Shown piece after piece: positions 38,773-48,605 of a stretch of DNA of 64,000 nt. Location of the stretch: contig DAXETY010000030.1 in NCBI GenBank assembly GCA_051155755.1, positions 4,551 to 68,550 on the forward strand. Direction: 5' to 3'. Origin of the DNA: Desulfobacterales bacterium (lineage in GTDB: Bacteria; Desulfobacterota; Desulfobacteria; Desulfobacterales; SG8-13). The stretch's first letter is position 1. Every line of letters starts with the position of its first letter. Position numbers and translations under genes: made by a program. The notes below the pieces were generated by a model. That model saw only the letters and a program-made list of their open reading frames with translations, was not told where the DNA came from and searched no databases.

Positions 38773-39567
38773 TTATCCCAGCAGCATGCGGTCGGTTGAA
38801 AACTCCTCGCCCTGCGAGTCGTAAAAGCGCTGGATCAAATCTTCTTTGGTGAGATGTTCTTTTTCATGGCCGCGCACGTCGAACAGTACCCGGCTCCGGT
38901 GCAGCATCACCAGTCGATTGCCGAAACTCAGCGCATGATTCATATTGTGGGTCACCATCAGGGTGGTCAAACGCCGCCTCTCCACCAGCTCCCGCGTGAG
39001 TTCCAGAATCTGGACGGCGGTCTTGGGATCGAGGGCGGCGGTGTGTTCGTCGAGCAGCAGAATCTCGGGTTCCACCAAGGTGGCCATCGCCATGGTCAGC
39101 GCCTGCCGTTGACCGCCGGACAGGAGCCCCACGCTGCTTTTCAATCGGTCTTCCAATCCCAGTCCAATGGTTTTCAGGTGAAGCTGGAAGGTTTCGCGCT
39201 GCCGGTCGTTGACCCCGATGCTCAATCCGCGGCGGCCGCCGCGCCGGGCTGCCATGGCCATGTTCTGCTCGATGCTCAGCGAAGCGCAGGTACCGGTGAG
39301 CGGGTCCTGGAATACGCGTCCGACAAAGCGGGCCCGGCGATGTTCCGGCCACCGCGTGATGTCGCGGTCGTGGAGCCGCAGCGACCCGCTGTCGGGCAGA
39401 AAGGTACCGGCCAGGCAGTTGAGCAGCGTGGATTTTCCGGCACCGTTGGAACCGATCACGGTAATGAAATCTCCGCTCTCGATGTTCAGGTCGATCCGGT
39501 CCAGTGCCAGCACTTCGTTGATGCTGCCGCGATAAAAATACTTTGACAGTTTCCGAATGGCAATCAT
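38773..39567 (-). CDS. ABC transporter ATP-binding protein
   Basis: GSNGAGKS, LSGGQRQ, LLLDEHTAALDP. Confidence 0.93.
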   Translation of the reverse strand: MIAIRKLSKYFYRGSINEVLALDRIDLNIESGDFITVIGSNGAGKSTLLNCLAGTFLPDSGSLRLHDRDITRWPEHRRARFVGRVFQDPLTGTCASLSIEQNMAMAARRGGRRGLSIGVNDRQRETFQLHLKTIGLGLEDRLKSSVGLLSGGQRQALTMAMATLVEPEILLLDEHTAALDPKTAVQILELTRELVERRRLTTLMVTHNMNHALSFGNRLVMLHRSRVLFDVRGHEKEHLTKEDLIQRFYDSQGEEFSTDRMLLG

Positions 39568-40451
39568 CGTCGCTGCAATCTGGCCTTGATGTGAGGCATG
39601 GTCAGCGCCACGACCACCAGCAGCGCCGTGATCAGGTTCAGATCACTGGGGGTGAAGGAAAATGCACCCCACTTCAAGCCCAACGCCAGGGCAATGGCCA
39701 GTCGGTACAGGATCGATCCCACCAGCGCCGCCAGGCAGGCCCGGGTGATGCCGCTGTGACCGAACACGGTTTCGCCGACGATGACCGAGGCCAGGCCGGC
39801 AATAATGGTGCCAACCCCCATGTTGACATCGGCAGCACCCTGATTCTGGGCCACCAGCGCCCCGGAAAGCGCCACCATGGCATTGGAAAGCCCGACCCCC
39901 AGAATAATCATATTATGGGTGTTGACACCCTGACTGGTGATCATCTGAGGATTGTCGCCGGTGGCCAGCACCGCCAACCCCAGCTCGGTATGCAGAAACC
40001 AGATGATCGCGGCAGTGACCGCCAGGGCGATGCCGCCGAAAAGCAACGGCGCGCCCCAGAATCCGGGAAGACCGGAATCCATCATCGGATCCAGCACCGT
40101 TCGGGCGCCCAGAAGCGAAACATTGGGACCGTCCATGATCCGAATGTTGATGGAATACAAGGCGATCATGGTCAAAATGGAGGCCAGAAGGTGCAGGATC
40201 TTCAGCTTGGTGTTCAGCAGGGCCGTGACCATACCGGCCAGGAATCCGGCCGCCATGGCAAAGAGCAGGGATAGAAACGGGTTGAAGCCGCTGGTGATGG
40301 CCACCGCCGATATGGCGGCCCCCAGCGGCAGACTGCCGTCCACGGTCAGATCCGGAAAATTCAGCACCCGAAAGGTAAAATACACCCCCAGTACCATGAT
40401 CCCGTAAACAAAGCCCTGCTCCAGGGCCCCCAGAAAGGCATAGCTGCTCAT
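39564..40451 (-). CDS. ABC transporter permease (putative aromatic amino-acid type)
   Basis: FPDLTVDGS, GLASVIVGE; multiple TM segments. Confidence 0.9.
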   Translation of the reverse strand: MSSYAFLGALEQGFVYGIMVLGVYFTFRVLNFPDLTVDGSLPLGAAISAVAITSGFNPFLSLLFAMAAGFLAGMVTALLNTKLKILHLLASILTMIALYSINIRIMDGPNVSLLGARTVLDPMMDSGLPGFWGAPLLFGGIALAVTAAIIWFLHTELGLAVLATGDNPQMITSQGVNTHNMIILGVGLSNAMVALSGALVAQNQGAADVNMGVGTIIAGLASVIVGETVFGHSGITRACLAALVGSILYRLAIALALGLKWGAFSFTPSDLNLITALLVVVALTMPHIKARLQRR

Positions 40452-40464
40452 CGGATACCGTTGC

Positions 40465-41427
40465 CTAATAAACCTTGTCCGCCCGTGAGATAATTGCCTC
40501 CGGAACGGTCAGCCCCATCTTTCGAGCGGCGTCAGGATTTACGTGCAGCTGCAGCGTCTGCTGGGTTTCCACCGGCGTGTCACCAATTCGGGCCCCTTCC
40601 AGAATGCGGCGCGCCATGGCGCCGGTCTGCCGACCGTGCTGATAGTAGTCGAAACCCATGGCGGCGATGGCGCCGCGCCGCACCGAGTCCACATCGGCCG
40701 CAAACAGCGGCATTTTGCCCTGGGTGCAGACGCGGATGGCCGACTCGAGTGCTTCGACCACCGTGTTATCAGTGGGCACGAAGACCGCATCGACCTTGCC
40801 CACCAGACTCTTGGCGGCCTGGTAAACATCGCTGGTCCTTGAGACCGTCGCCTCGACGACTTCGAAGTCCATGGCCGCTCCGACCCGTTTCAGATAATCC
40901 ACCGAACTCTTGGAATTGGCTTCGCCCGAATTGTACATGACGCCCAGGGATTTCATCTCCGGCAGGAAATCCCGCACCATTTCCATGTGCTGTTCCAGGG
41001 GCAGCATGTCCGATACCCCGGTGATATTGGCGTCCGGATGCTGCAGATCATCGACCAATCCGGCGGCCACCGGGTCGGTGATCGCCGAAAAAAGCATCGG
41101 GGTGTTTTGCATCTGGGGTGCTTTTTTCAAAGCCTGGGCACAGGTTTGAGCGCTGGGGGTGGCAATCGCCAGGATCAGGTCCGGTCGCTCACCCATAATC
41201 TGGGTGGCAATCTGGGAGGCGGTACCCATATTGGCCTGGGCATTGTGGATACTGTAATCCACTTGAATTTTGTTTTCGACCAGATCGTCTTGAAAGCCTT
41301 TCAGCACCGAGTCCAGCGCAGGGTGCTCGACAAACTGGCTGACCGAAATTCGGTAGACCGGGTCCTGGGCCGAGGCAAACGAAACCGCCAGCAGAAGCAT
41401 CGCAGCGATCGGCAGCAAGCGTTTCAT
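40465..41427 (-). CDS. ABC transporter substrate-binding protein (ABC_sub_bind family)
   Basis: QFVEHPALD, IATPSAQ, AITDPV, TGVSD, PTDNTV. Confidence 0.9.
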   Translation of the reverse strand: MKRLLPIAAMLLLAVSFASAQDPVYRISVSQFVEHPALDSVLKGFQDDLVENKIQVDYSIHNAQANMGTASQIATQIMGERPDLILAIATPSAQTCAQALKKAPQMQNTPMLFSAITDPVAAGLVDDLQHPDANITGVSDMLPLEQHMEMVRDFLPEMKSLGVMYNSGEANSKSSVDYLKRVGAAMDFEVVEATVSRTSDVYQAAKSLVGKVDAVFVPTDNTVVEALESAIRVCTQGKMPLFAADVDSVRRGAIAAMGFDYYQHGRQTGAMARRILEGARIGDTPVETQQTLQLHVNPDAARKMGLTVPEAIISRADKVY

Positions 41428-41444
41428 AGTAGTTCTCCCTTCCG

Positions 41445-41837
41445 CTATTTGACGGTTAAAACGGGACATTGTGACTTGAGAATAACATACTGGGCCGTAG
41501 AGCCCATGAGAAGTTTTCCGACTTTGGAACGCCGTTTTACACCCACGACGACCAGGTCCATCGAGTTTTCCTCGATGAATTTGACCAAGTCCTCTCCGGG
41601 CGACATCCCCCGAATCATCAGATGCGTGTTGCAGGGAATCTGCTCTTTTTCGAATAGCGATTTGGCATACTCCAGTCCTTTTTCAGCCTGGATGATCTGC
41701 TCCTGTTCGGACTCGGTGCCTTTTGCCATCGAAGTGACGACCTCTACGGAGGCCCCAAAGGAGGCAGCGCAACGACGCGCCATGCTGAGCGCTTCCCTGC
41801 CAGCATTCGAACCATCATAGCCGACTAAAATCTTCAT
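41445..41837 (-). CDS. Universal stress protein
   Basis: MKILVGYDGS, VVGVKRRS...LLMGSTAQYVI...CPVLTVK. Confidence 0.92.
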   Translation of the reverse strand: MKILVGYDGSNAGREALSMARRCAASFGASVEVVTSMAKGTESEQEQIIQAEKGLEYAKSLFEKEQIPCNTHLMIRGMSPGEDLVKFIEENSMDLVVVGVKRRSKVGKLLMGSTAQYVILKSQCPVLTVK

Positions 41838-42282
41838 ATTTTTCACCCCCGGCTGCAAGATTGGAAAGTTGCCCGAAGAGACGGCCTCGCGTTTCCGGCC
41901 GCATTGCGGCCAAAGCCGGTCCGGGCACAACTGCCGCCTTGTTTGCCATGTTCGCGGCGATCCTTCAAGAGGAAAGTTTCCGCTCCGGCTTTTGGATAAA
42001 CAGGAAAGAAACCTGCGCGGTGGGTAATGATGAAGGATTTTTCCGGGAAGATTTCGTGAAAAGTGATTCACGAGGGGCGATTGAGAATTTTCGGGATCAA
42101 GGCGACGGGAAGACGGACGGGTCATCGCACACGGATCAAAGCGCTTGCGTCGGGTTTTCGCGATTTCGCACCTACCGCGAGCCGCCCCTGAAAAAGCTCG
42201 CAGAGCGAGAGATGGGTGCGCTGCGCGAGGCCTTCACCTTTGAGTTGGAACGAAAACGCTCGGTCTGCGGAGAAGGTTTCGA

Positions 42283-45200
42283 TCAGGAGGCCTGCGCGCG
42301 TTCCTGGATCGTCTCCAACAACTGCTGGGCCGGCTGATATCCGAGACCCAGTGCGCGCTCGGCGTGTTCGCGTGAGGTTTCGAAGTATTGCATTCGGAAG
42401 GAAATCACCGCCAGTTGAAAGAAAGCTCTCGGATCGTTCGGATTGAGTTCCGCAACCCGGGTAAAATGTTTGACCGCCTGCAGATAATCTTTGCGGCCGA
42501 TGGCCTCTTTGCCGAGCTGAAAGCAACGGTCGCTCTCCCCGTCATTACCGGCACCGCCAGGTTTCGCCGGCATCGGTGCGGAAGGTGTGCCGACGGTGGC
42601 TTGGCTGCCGGGCTTGCCGCTGCGGCCGGCTTCCATCGCCGGATCGCCGCTGCTTGCCGAAGAAGTCGTGTTTCCAGCGGCGGGATCGGCGTCTTCTTTG
42701 GGAGAATCGAACACAATGATGTCCTCTTCAAACGAATATTCGTTTTCTTCCGCCGGCGGTGCCGATTGCCCCCCATCGAAGGCATCTTCCATTTCGTCGG
42801 CGTCCCAAACAATGGATTCGTTTTTCAGAAAGGCGCTCGTGTCAAAATCCTCCGTATCCAGTTCCTGCACATCGAACAGTTCCATACTCCCATTTTGAGC
42901 GTTGTCTGCTTCCTGCACCGTGTTCGAAGACGGCTCCGAGGCGGGTTCCGGCGTTGTTTGTCGGGGCGCTGCCGCTGCCGAAGCGGCCGGCTTGTTCTCC
43001 TTGGCGTCGATCGACGCCAGGATCGTGCTGGCGGATTTCAGTCCAAGTTCGATGGCTTTTTGGGCGAATTTTCGGGCGGTGTCATAATCGTGCAACCGAT
43101 AGTGTAAAATCGCGAGATTGTGATGGCCGCGGGCCTCGTTCGGTTTCAGCGAAACAAAACGTTTAAAACATTGGATGGCTGTTTTGTAGTCTTTGCGTTG
43201 GGAGGCTTTCATGCCCCGGGCAAACAACCCCTCGGGTTTATCGACGCCGGCTGGCTTCGCCGCGGGCTTTTTCCCATCCCGGTCTGCCGCCTGCGGCTTC
43301 AAGGGGGCCGCTGCCGCTTTCATTTTTCCGGCTGCAGCCATTTTACCGCTTTCATCGACCTCGGCGGCAGGAGGCTCGGGCGCTCCGATGTTCGTATTTC
43401 CCGTCTTATTTTCTATGGGAGGCGCCGGATGACCCGCATTCGGTTCCTTTTCCGGCAACATTTCAGCGGATTGGCTGTCGGTTTTCACCACCGGGTCGGA
43501 TAAACGGGGTTGCTGCATTTCCTGCAGGAAACGCCCGGAGAGATCATCCGTATTTTCTTCGAGCGCAGGTTCGACTTCAGGCTCTGCAGGCGCCGGTTTA
43601 CCGCCCGGGGTATCCGGAGGGGTTGCGGCAACTTTCGGCGGGTCTTCGATTTTGGATGCCGTCTTGCGATCGATTTTTTGCAAAATCGCCCTGGCGGTTT
43701 CGGCCCCTAAATCCAGGGCTTTTTGCGCGCATTGGCGGGCGGAGGCATAATCCTGCAGTCGATAGTGCAGGATGGCCAGATTGAAGAAACCTTTGGGCTC
43801 CTGGGGATTCGCGTTGATGAATTGTTCGAAAAGCCCAATTGCCGTCGGATACTCCTTGCGTTCGGAGGCCTGCATGCCCTGGGTGAAGAGGGCGTTGCTT
43901 TCTTCCGCCGTCAATGTCGAAGGTCCCTCCTCCGTCAACGTTCGGCCATCGGTTTTTACGATCTCGTTCGCTGCTCCGGCTGGTTCCGGCACCGGTCCTG
44001 TGGAATCGGCATCGTGGCCTTTTCCAACCGGAGAAACCACCGGGGTGGCATCACTGGAAACCGCTTGCACTTGGGCCTTCGGAGGCACAGCCTCCGCATC
44101 GGGTTTCCCGCTTTCACCGACATCAGCGGAGGCTTCCGCAGGCTTATGGACCCATTGTGCTTCGGTACCGGAACCGGTTTTGATGACGTTTTCCACAGAC
44201 TCCGATGATTTCAAGTGCTTATCGATTTTAGCCAGAATTTTTCCGGCTGCATTCACACCGTTTTGAACCGACAGCTCCGCGTATTTGCGCGCAGCGAATG
44301 GATTCTGCAATCGGTAATAAAGGATGGCCAGATTGTAATATCCTTTTGCAGGCTCCGGACTCACCGTGATGAACTCCTCGAACAGCGCCGCCGCCGTTTC
44401 GTAGTCCTTGCGATTGGAGGCTTCCATCCCACGGGCAAACAGCGCCTTCGCAGCGGGTGCCGAACTTACCGGGGCTTGCGGTTCGTTTTCCGGCAGGGCT
44501 GCATTCGACGCTGCCGAAGGATCGGCTTCCGCCGATATCGAAGACGATGCATCCAACCGTTTCTCCTGCCCCCCGGCGGTCAAAGCCTCGTCCAAAGCCC
44601 TCTGCGCCGGTTCCGGCTTCGGAGCCGGCGCGGATTCGGTTTGGCTACGTCCGCTTTCGTCCATGAAAAGCGTGGGAAACTCCGGTAATCCTTCCGTATT
44701 CCCTGAGCCGAGGGCGGATGTGGCTTCCATCGCCGGTTCCGGTTTCGGCGGCGGCTCCGGCGTGGCATTTTCGATCGCAGCACGATCGGAAGTTGTCACT
44801 TCGCCTGGTTCCGGCAGCCTGCGTTCGTCGGTCATCGGTGACTGGGAAGGCGGCTTCGATGCGGCGGTTGCGGTTGCAGCGGTCGCACGTGAAATTTTCT
44901 TCATCAGTTTTTCGGCGCCCTGCGCACCCAGCGCCGCTGCCTTCTCCGCGCTAAGTTGCGCAGCCTCGTAATTGCCGGTACGAAAATACAGAACCGCCAG
45001 ATGATAATGACCGCGATAATCGTTTGGACTCCGGGCCACAAAGCGTTCCAGACAGGTAGCCGCCGTCGGAAAGTCTTTTTCTTTGGTCGCTCGAACGGCC
45101 CCGGCGAACAACGCTTTTAAACCTTCCCGGAAATTGGCATCCGTTGACGCCTGATTTTCATCCGCAACCGGTCCGGCATCTTCGGGCCGGTCTGGAGAAA

Positions 45201-46335
45201 CCACTGCCTCGGTCAGTTCCAGCGGAGCCGAATCCGCTTCCGCGGATACCTCGGTTTCGGGTTCAGTCCCCAGCGGCGCAGCGCCCGGTGCCACCATTTC
45301 GGTCAACTCCAACGGAACCGGCTCTGCTTCCGAAGGCGCAGCATTCTCGCTGGGGTCGGCCGACGACGCAGCACTCGGTGCCGCCGCTTCGGTCTGCTCC
45401 AGCAGCGACGATGACTCAAGCGGGGTTTTCGCGGTCTGGGAGACTTCGCCCGGCGGCATAGCCCACGGAGTCGCTGTTGCGCTCGGCTCCAGCGGTTCCG
45501 ATGCCGCTTCCCCAGCATCCTCAACCTCGGATGAGCTTACCGCCGATTCAGCGTCCGATGTCTCCGACGCTACAGGCTCCGGTACAGCCGATGACGCTTC
45601 CAGAGCCGATTCGCTTTCGCTTGGAATCATCGATGATTCCGATTCGGGTCCTGCCGCGCCCGTGTCCGTGTCGGAGAAGTCCGATTCATCTTCCGCAGCG
45701 GAATCGGATGAAAGCTCCGAATTTTCCAAAGACGCATGCAACGGTCGGCTCTTTTCGAAAGGTTGCCCTTCCTCGCCGTGGCCCGGCAATTCTTCCGGGA
45801 CGCTTTCCGTATGAAGACAATGTACTTGCTGGGTGCTGCCTGCAGTGAGGGTTTGATCGGGGTCGACGTATTCCCATGAAATGGCGGCGCTTTCGGGGTT
45901 GACAAACGTTTCATCCGCTTCGGGGACCGTTTCGGGATCCGGATTCCAATTCCGGTATTCTTCGATTGCGTCTTCATCCGTCGGCCCGCTGCCGTGCGCC
46001 GTTGCATCGGCCGATGTGATTGGATCTGCGCTGCTGTCGATGTCGTCTTCGCCGGGAGACGATGAGTGAGATTCGCAACTGGAGGCGGGCAGTTCCCAAC
46101 CGTCGGGCTGGGATTCAGTGTCCGTATCCGGTGGATCTTCTGTTTCCCAGGGCCAATCGGAATCCAAAGATGCGAATAGTTCCTGCTCCGGTGTATGGAT
46201 TTCCAGATTGCAGAACTCGGGCAAATATTGGCGAACCTGGTCTTCGTTCCAGGTCACTGCGTCCTGTCCTTCTTGATCGTTTGGGAAACCATTTCCACGG
46301 TCTTCCGCCTCGGTGTTTTTCTGCGATCCACTCAA
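42283..46335 (-). CDS. Large acidic low-complexity protein with five ~75-aa TPR modules
   Basis: Five copies of LF.xG..A..RKDY..A...F..F....P....G..NLA.L.YR separated by P/A/E/S-rich linkers; TTG start after AAGGAGG. Confidence 0.8.
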   Translation of the reverse strand: MSGSQKNTEAEDRGNGFPNDQEGQDAVTWNEDQVRQYLPEFCNLEIHTPEQELFASLDSDWPWETEDPPDTDTESQPDGWELPASSCESHSSSPGEDDIDSSADPITSADATAHGSGPTDEDAIEEYRNWNPDPETVPEADETFVNPESAAISWEYVDPDQTLTAGSTQQVHCLHTESVPEELPGHGEEGQPFEKSRPLHASLENSELSSDSAAEDESDFSDTDTGAAGPESESSMIPSESESALEASSAVPEPVASETSDAESAVSSSEVEDAGEAASEPLEPSATATPWAMPPGEVSQTAKTPLESSSLLEQTEAAAPSAASSADPSENAAPSEAEPVPLELTEMVAPGAAPLGTEPETEVSAEADSAPLELTEAVVSPDRPEDAGPVADENQASTDANFREGLKALFAGAVRATKEKDFPTAATCLERFVARSPNDYRGHYHLAVLYFRTGNYEAAQLSAEKAAALGAQGAEKLMKKISRATAATATAASKPPSQSPMTDERRLPEPGEVTTSDRAAIENATPEPPPKPEPAMEATSALGSGNTEGLPEFPTLFMDESGRSQTESAPAPKPEPAQRALDEALTAGGQEKRLDASSSISAEADPSAASNAALPENEPQAPVSSAPAAKALFARGMEASNRKDYETAAALFEEFITVSPEPAKGYYNLAILYYRLQNPFAARKYAELSVQNGVNAAGKILAKIDKHLKSSESVENVIKTGSGTEAQWVHKPAEASADVGESGKPDAEAVPPKAQVQAVSSDATPVVSPVGKGHDADSTGPVPEPAGAANEIVKTDGRTLTEEGPSTLTAEESNALFTQGMQASERKEYPTAIGLFEQFINANPQEPKGFFNLAILHYRLQDYASARQCAQKALDLGAETARAILQKIDRKTASKIEDPPKVAATPPDTPGGKPAPAEPEVEPALEENTDDLSGRFLQEMQQPRLSDPVVKTDSQSAEMLPEKEPNAGHPAPPIENKTGNTNIGAPEPPAAEVDESGKMAAAGKMKAAAAPLKPQAADRDGKKPAAKPAGVDKPEGLFARGMKASQRKDYKTAIQCFKRFVSLKPNEARGHHNLAILHYRLHDYDTARKFAQKAIELGLKSASTILASIDAKENKPAASAAAAPRQTTPEPASEPSSNTVQEADNAQNGSMELFDVQELDTEDFDTSAFLKNESIVWDADEMEDAFDGGQSAPPAEENEYSFEEDIIVFDSPKEDADPAAGNTTSSASSGDPAMEAGRSGKPGSQATVGTPSAPMPAKPGGAGNDGESDRCFQLGKEAIGRKDYLQAVKHFTRVAELNPNDPRAFFQLAVISFRMQYFETSREHAERALGLGYQPAQQLLETIQERAQAS

Positions 46336-46405
46336 AGGATCCTCCTTGTCCGCCTGATTCCGGTCAAGTCACAGAACAGCCGTGTGATTCCGGCATATTA
46401 TGATC

Positions 46406-46478
46406 AGTCAACAACCACCCGCGAAGCGGGTGACTTGAACTTGCACCGGGTGCATCGCACCCGGTTTGGGCGAGAATC
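46406..46478 (+). mobile_element. IS200/IS605-end-like element, copy 2
   Basis: AGTCAACAACCACCCGCGAAGCGGGTGACTTGAACTTGCA...TCGCACCCGGTTTGGGCGAGAATC; shares both ends with 61931-62061. Confidence 0.55.
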
Positions 46479-46804
46479 AATGCCGACAGTGAATCACAGG
46501 ACAGATGTATTACAAGTTTAGTATATTGTAACATACAACTCTGCAAAAAGTCAACGTTCAGCGTAGGTCATCCATTGTCATTTCTACTAGTTACTCTTCA
46601 CCCACGTAACATCGAGGGGTGCGATCGAAAGTCGGAATTTTACGAATTCATCAGAATTTCAGAGATGCGCTTTTTTGAACCAAAACCGATGGCCGCAAGT
46701 CGAAAAAAATCCGCTTTGATGAAATTGTGTCCCTGGTTTCAATCTGATATGGTAGCGACAGGTTGGTGATCGAACCTCTCATCCGGCAAACGGGCGCTGC
46801 GACC

Positions 46805-47275
46805 ATGGTAAAAATCGGCATCATTTCAGATACGCATGGATTCCTATCCGAAGCGGCATCCGATGCACTAAGAGGTTCGTCCCGAATTGTGCATGCCGGC
46901 GACATCGGCGGAACGGAAATCCTAAAGACACTGTCATACCTGGCCCCGGTTACAGCCGTTCGAGGCAATATGGACGGCGGCAGTTGGGCCGACGCCCTGC
47001 CGCACAACGATACCCTGGCCATCGAAGGCATTCATCTGTTTGTTCTTCACGACATTCTCCGCCTCGATCTCGATCCGGCTGCGGCCGGCTTCGGCGCGGT
47101 AATCAGCGGCCATACGCATCAAGCTTCGATCACCCGCAAAAACGGCGTATGGTTGATCAACCCCGGCAGTGCCTCCCAACCTCGTTACGGCGCCCAACCC
47201 AGCATCGCCATCCTGGAAATCGTTTCCGGCCGAATGAATGCCCGGATTGTTTCATTCGACGGGTCGAACCGCTGA
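46805..47275 (+). CDS. Metallophosphoesterase (YfcE/MJ0936 family)
   Basis: ISDTHG, HAGDIG, VRGNMD, GHTH, NPGS. Confidence 0.92.
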   Translation: MVKIGIISDTHGFLSEAASDALRGSSRIVHAGDIGGTEILKTLSYLAPVTAVRGNMDGGSWADALPHNDTLAIEGIHLFVLHDILRLDLDPAAAGFGAVISGHTHQASITRKNGVWLINPGSASQPRYGAQPSIAILEIVSGRMNARIVSFDGSNR

Positions 47276-47508
47276 AGCATCTTCAATCATCTCTTACCCA
47301 AAATGTGCGTTTCAATTTTTCCAAAATTTATTTTTTGTTTGTTCAAAGGAATTCGATCGATTTTCGTTTTGAAAATTTGAAACGATTCGTTGAGAATGCT
47401 ATAATTGCAGAGTTGAATGGAATCGATACCGTCAACCGCCTTGAACCGGAATTGGTTCCGGCCCGATGCACCGGGAACGAGTCTGCGTGGGAAAATCGGA
47501 GGAAGACA

Positions 47509-47904
47509 ATGCTGACGCTTCTAGTCAAATTTAATGACCAGGTCCTGAAGACCATCGAGGCTGACAAAGATGTCATTACGATCGGCAGAAATCTCGAAAA
47601 CGATATCCACATCGACAACCTGAGCGTATCCAAAAACCACGCTCGTATTATTCGGGAAACCGATGCGTTTTGGGTCGAAGACCTGAAAAGCACCAACGGC
47701 ACCTATGTCAATGAGAAAATCGTCGCCAAACAAAAGCTGAACCACAAAGACGTGATCACCATCGGAAAGCACGCGCTGGAGGTGCTGCTGGAAAAGACCC
47801 GATCGGGTAAATCCCCGCAAAACAACCCCAATGACACGATGCTGCTGACCACGGAAAAACACAAAGAGATGTTGAAAAAACAGCAGGAAATGAAAAAGAC
47901 CTGA
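47509..47904 (+). CDS. FHA domain protein
   Basis: ITIGR, VSKNHARI, EDLKSTNGTYVN. Confidence 0.9.
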   Translation: MLTLLVKFNDQVLKTIEADKDVITIGRNLENDIHIDNLSVSKNHARIIRETDAFWVEDLKSTNGTYVNEKIVAKQKLNHKDVITIGKHALEVLLEKTRSGKSPQNNPNDTMLLTTEKHKEMLKKQQEMKKT

Positions 47905-47906
47905 TC

Positions 47907-48581
47907 TCAGGGCAGCGTCACGATGACCAGATTGCGGGTCTCCGCGAACACGGGCAGAGTGAACTTCTGCACGGAGACGTCCTTGGAAGTCAGTTTTGCC
48001 GCGGTCTGCAGGTAACCGATTCCGCGATTCAACTCATCTCCCGGCAGTTTTCCTTTCCAGGCCATCAGCCGTGTGCCGGAAGCCGCCAACGGCAGGGCCA
48101 TCGCGAAAAATCGCTCCAGCGACGTCAGGGCCCGGCAGACGATGAGATCGAAACCGTAGCCGATCTCTGCCGTCGAAACCTCCTCAGCGCGCATCTCCAG
48201 GATTTTCAACTGCTTCAGTGCGAGACACCGGGCGACATGCTTTAAAAAACTCGCTTTTTTGCGGGAGGCTTCAACCAGGGTCACGTGCAATGTCGGCATC
48301 AGGATCTGTAGCGGGATTCCGGGAAAACCGCCACCGCTGCCGAGGTCGAGCAAGCGCCCTTGGCAGGGGACATGTTCGGCGGGCGCGATCGAATCGATGT
48401 AGTGTTTGACGGCAACCGCCAGCGGGTCGGTGACGGCCGTCAGATTCATGCGGCGATTCCACCGCAGCAGTTCAGCCGCATGCAGGGCGAATCGATCCAG
48501 GACGGCGGCTTCCAGCGAAATCCCCAGCTGCAGCGCGCCGCTTCGAATCACTTCCTTCCACTCGGGGGAACCGACTTCCAT
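47907..48581 (-). CDS. rsmG: 16S rRNA m7G527 methyltransferase
   Basis: WNRRMNLTA, HYIDS, DLGSGGGFPGIPL, RAE, CRA. Confidence 0.92.
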   Translation of the reverse strand: MEVGSPEWKEVIRSGALQLGISLEAAVLDRFALHAAELLRWNRRMNLTAVTDPLAVAVKHYIDSIAPAEHVPCQGRLLDLGSGGGFPGIPLQILMPTLHVTLVEASRKKASFLKHVARCLALKQLKILEMRAEEVSTAEIGYGFDLIVCRALTSLERFFAMALPLAASGTRLMAWKGKLPGDELNRGIGYLQTAAKLTSKDVSVQKFTLPVFAETRNLVIVTLP

Positions 48582-48605
48582 TTTTTTTTAGTTCGAAACG
48601 TCCAT

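Noticed and set aside
41840-42280. Small gene or ncRNA between usp and the TPR gene
   Set aside because: ORFs here have no recognisable motifs and no convincing structure was seen.
46506-46537. Imperfect palindrome TGTATTACAA...TTGTAACATACA as an operator
   Set aside because: Requires a gap and lies in AT-rich DNA between mobile remnants; too weak to call.
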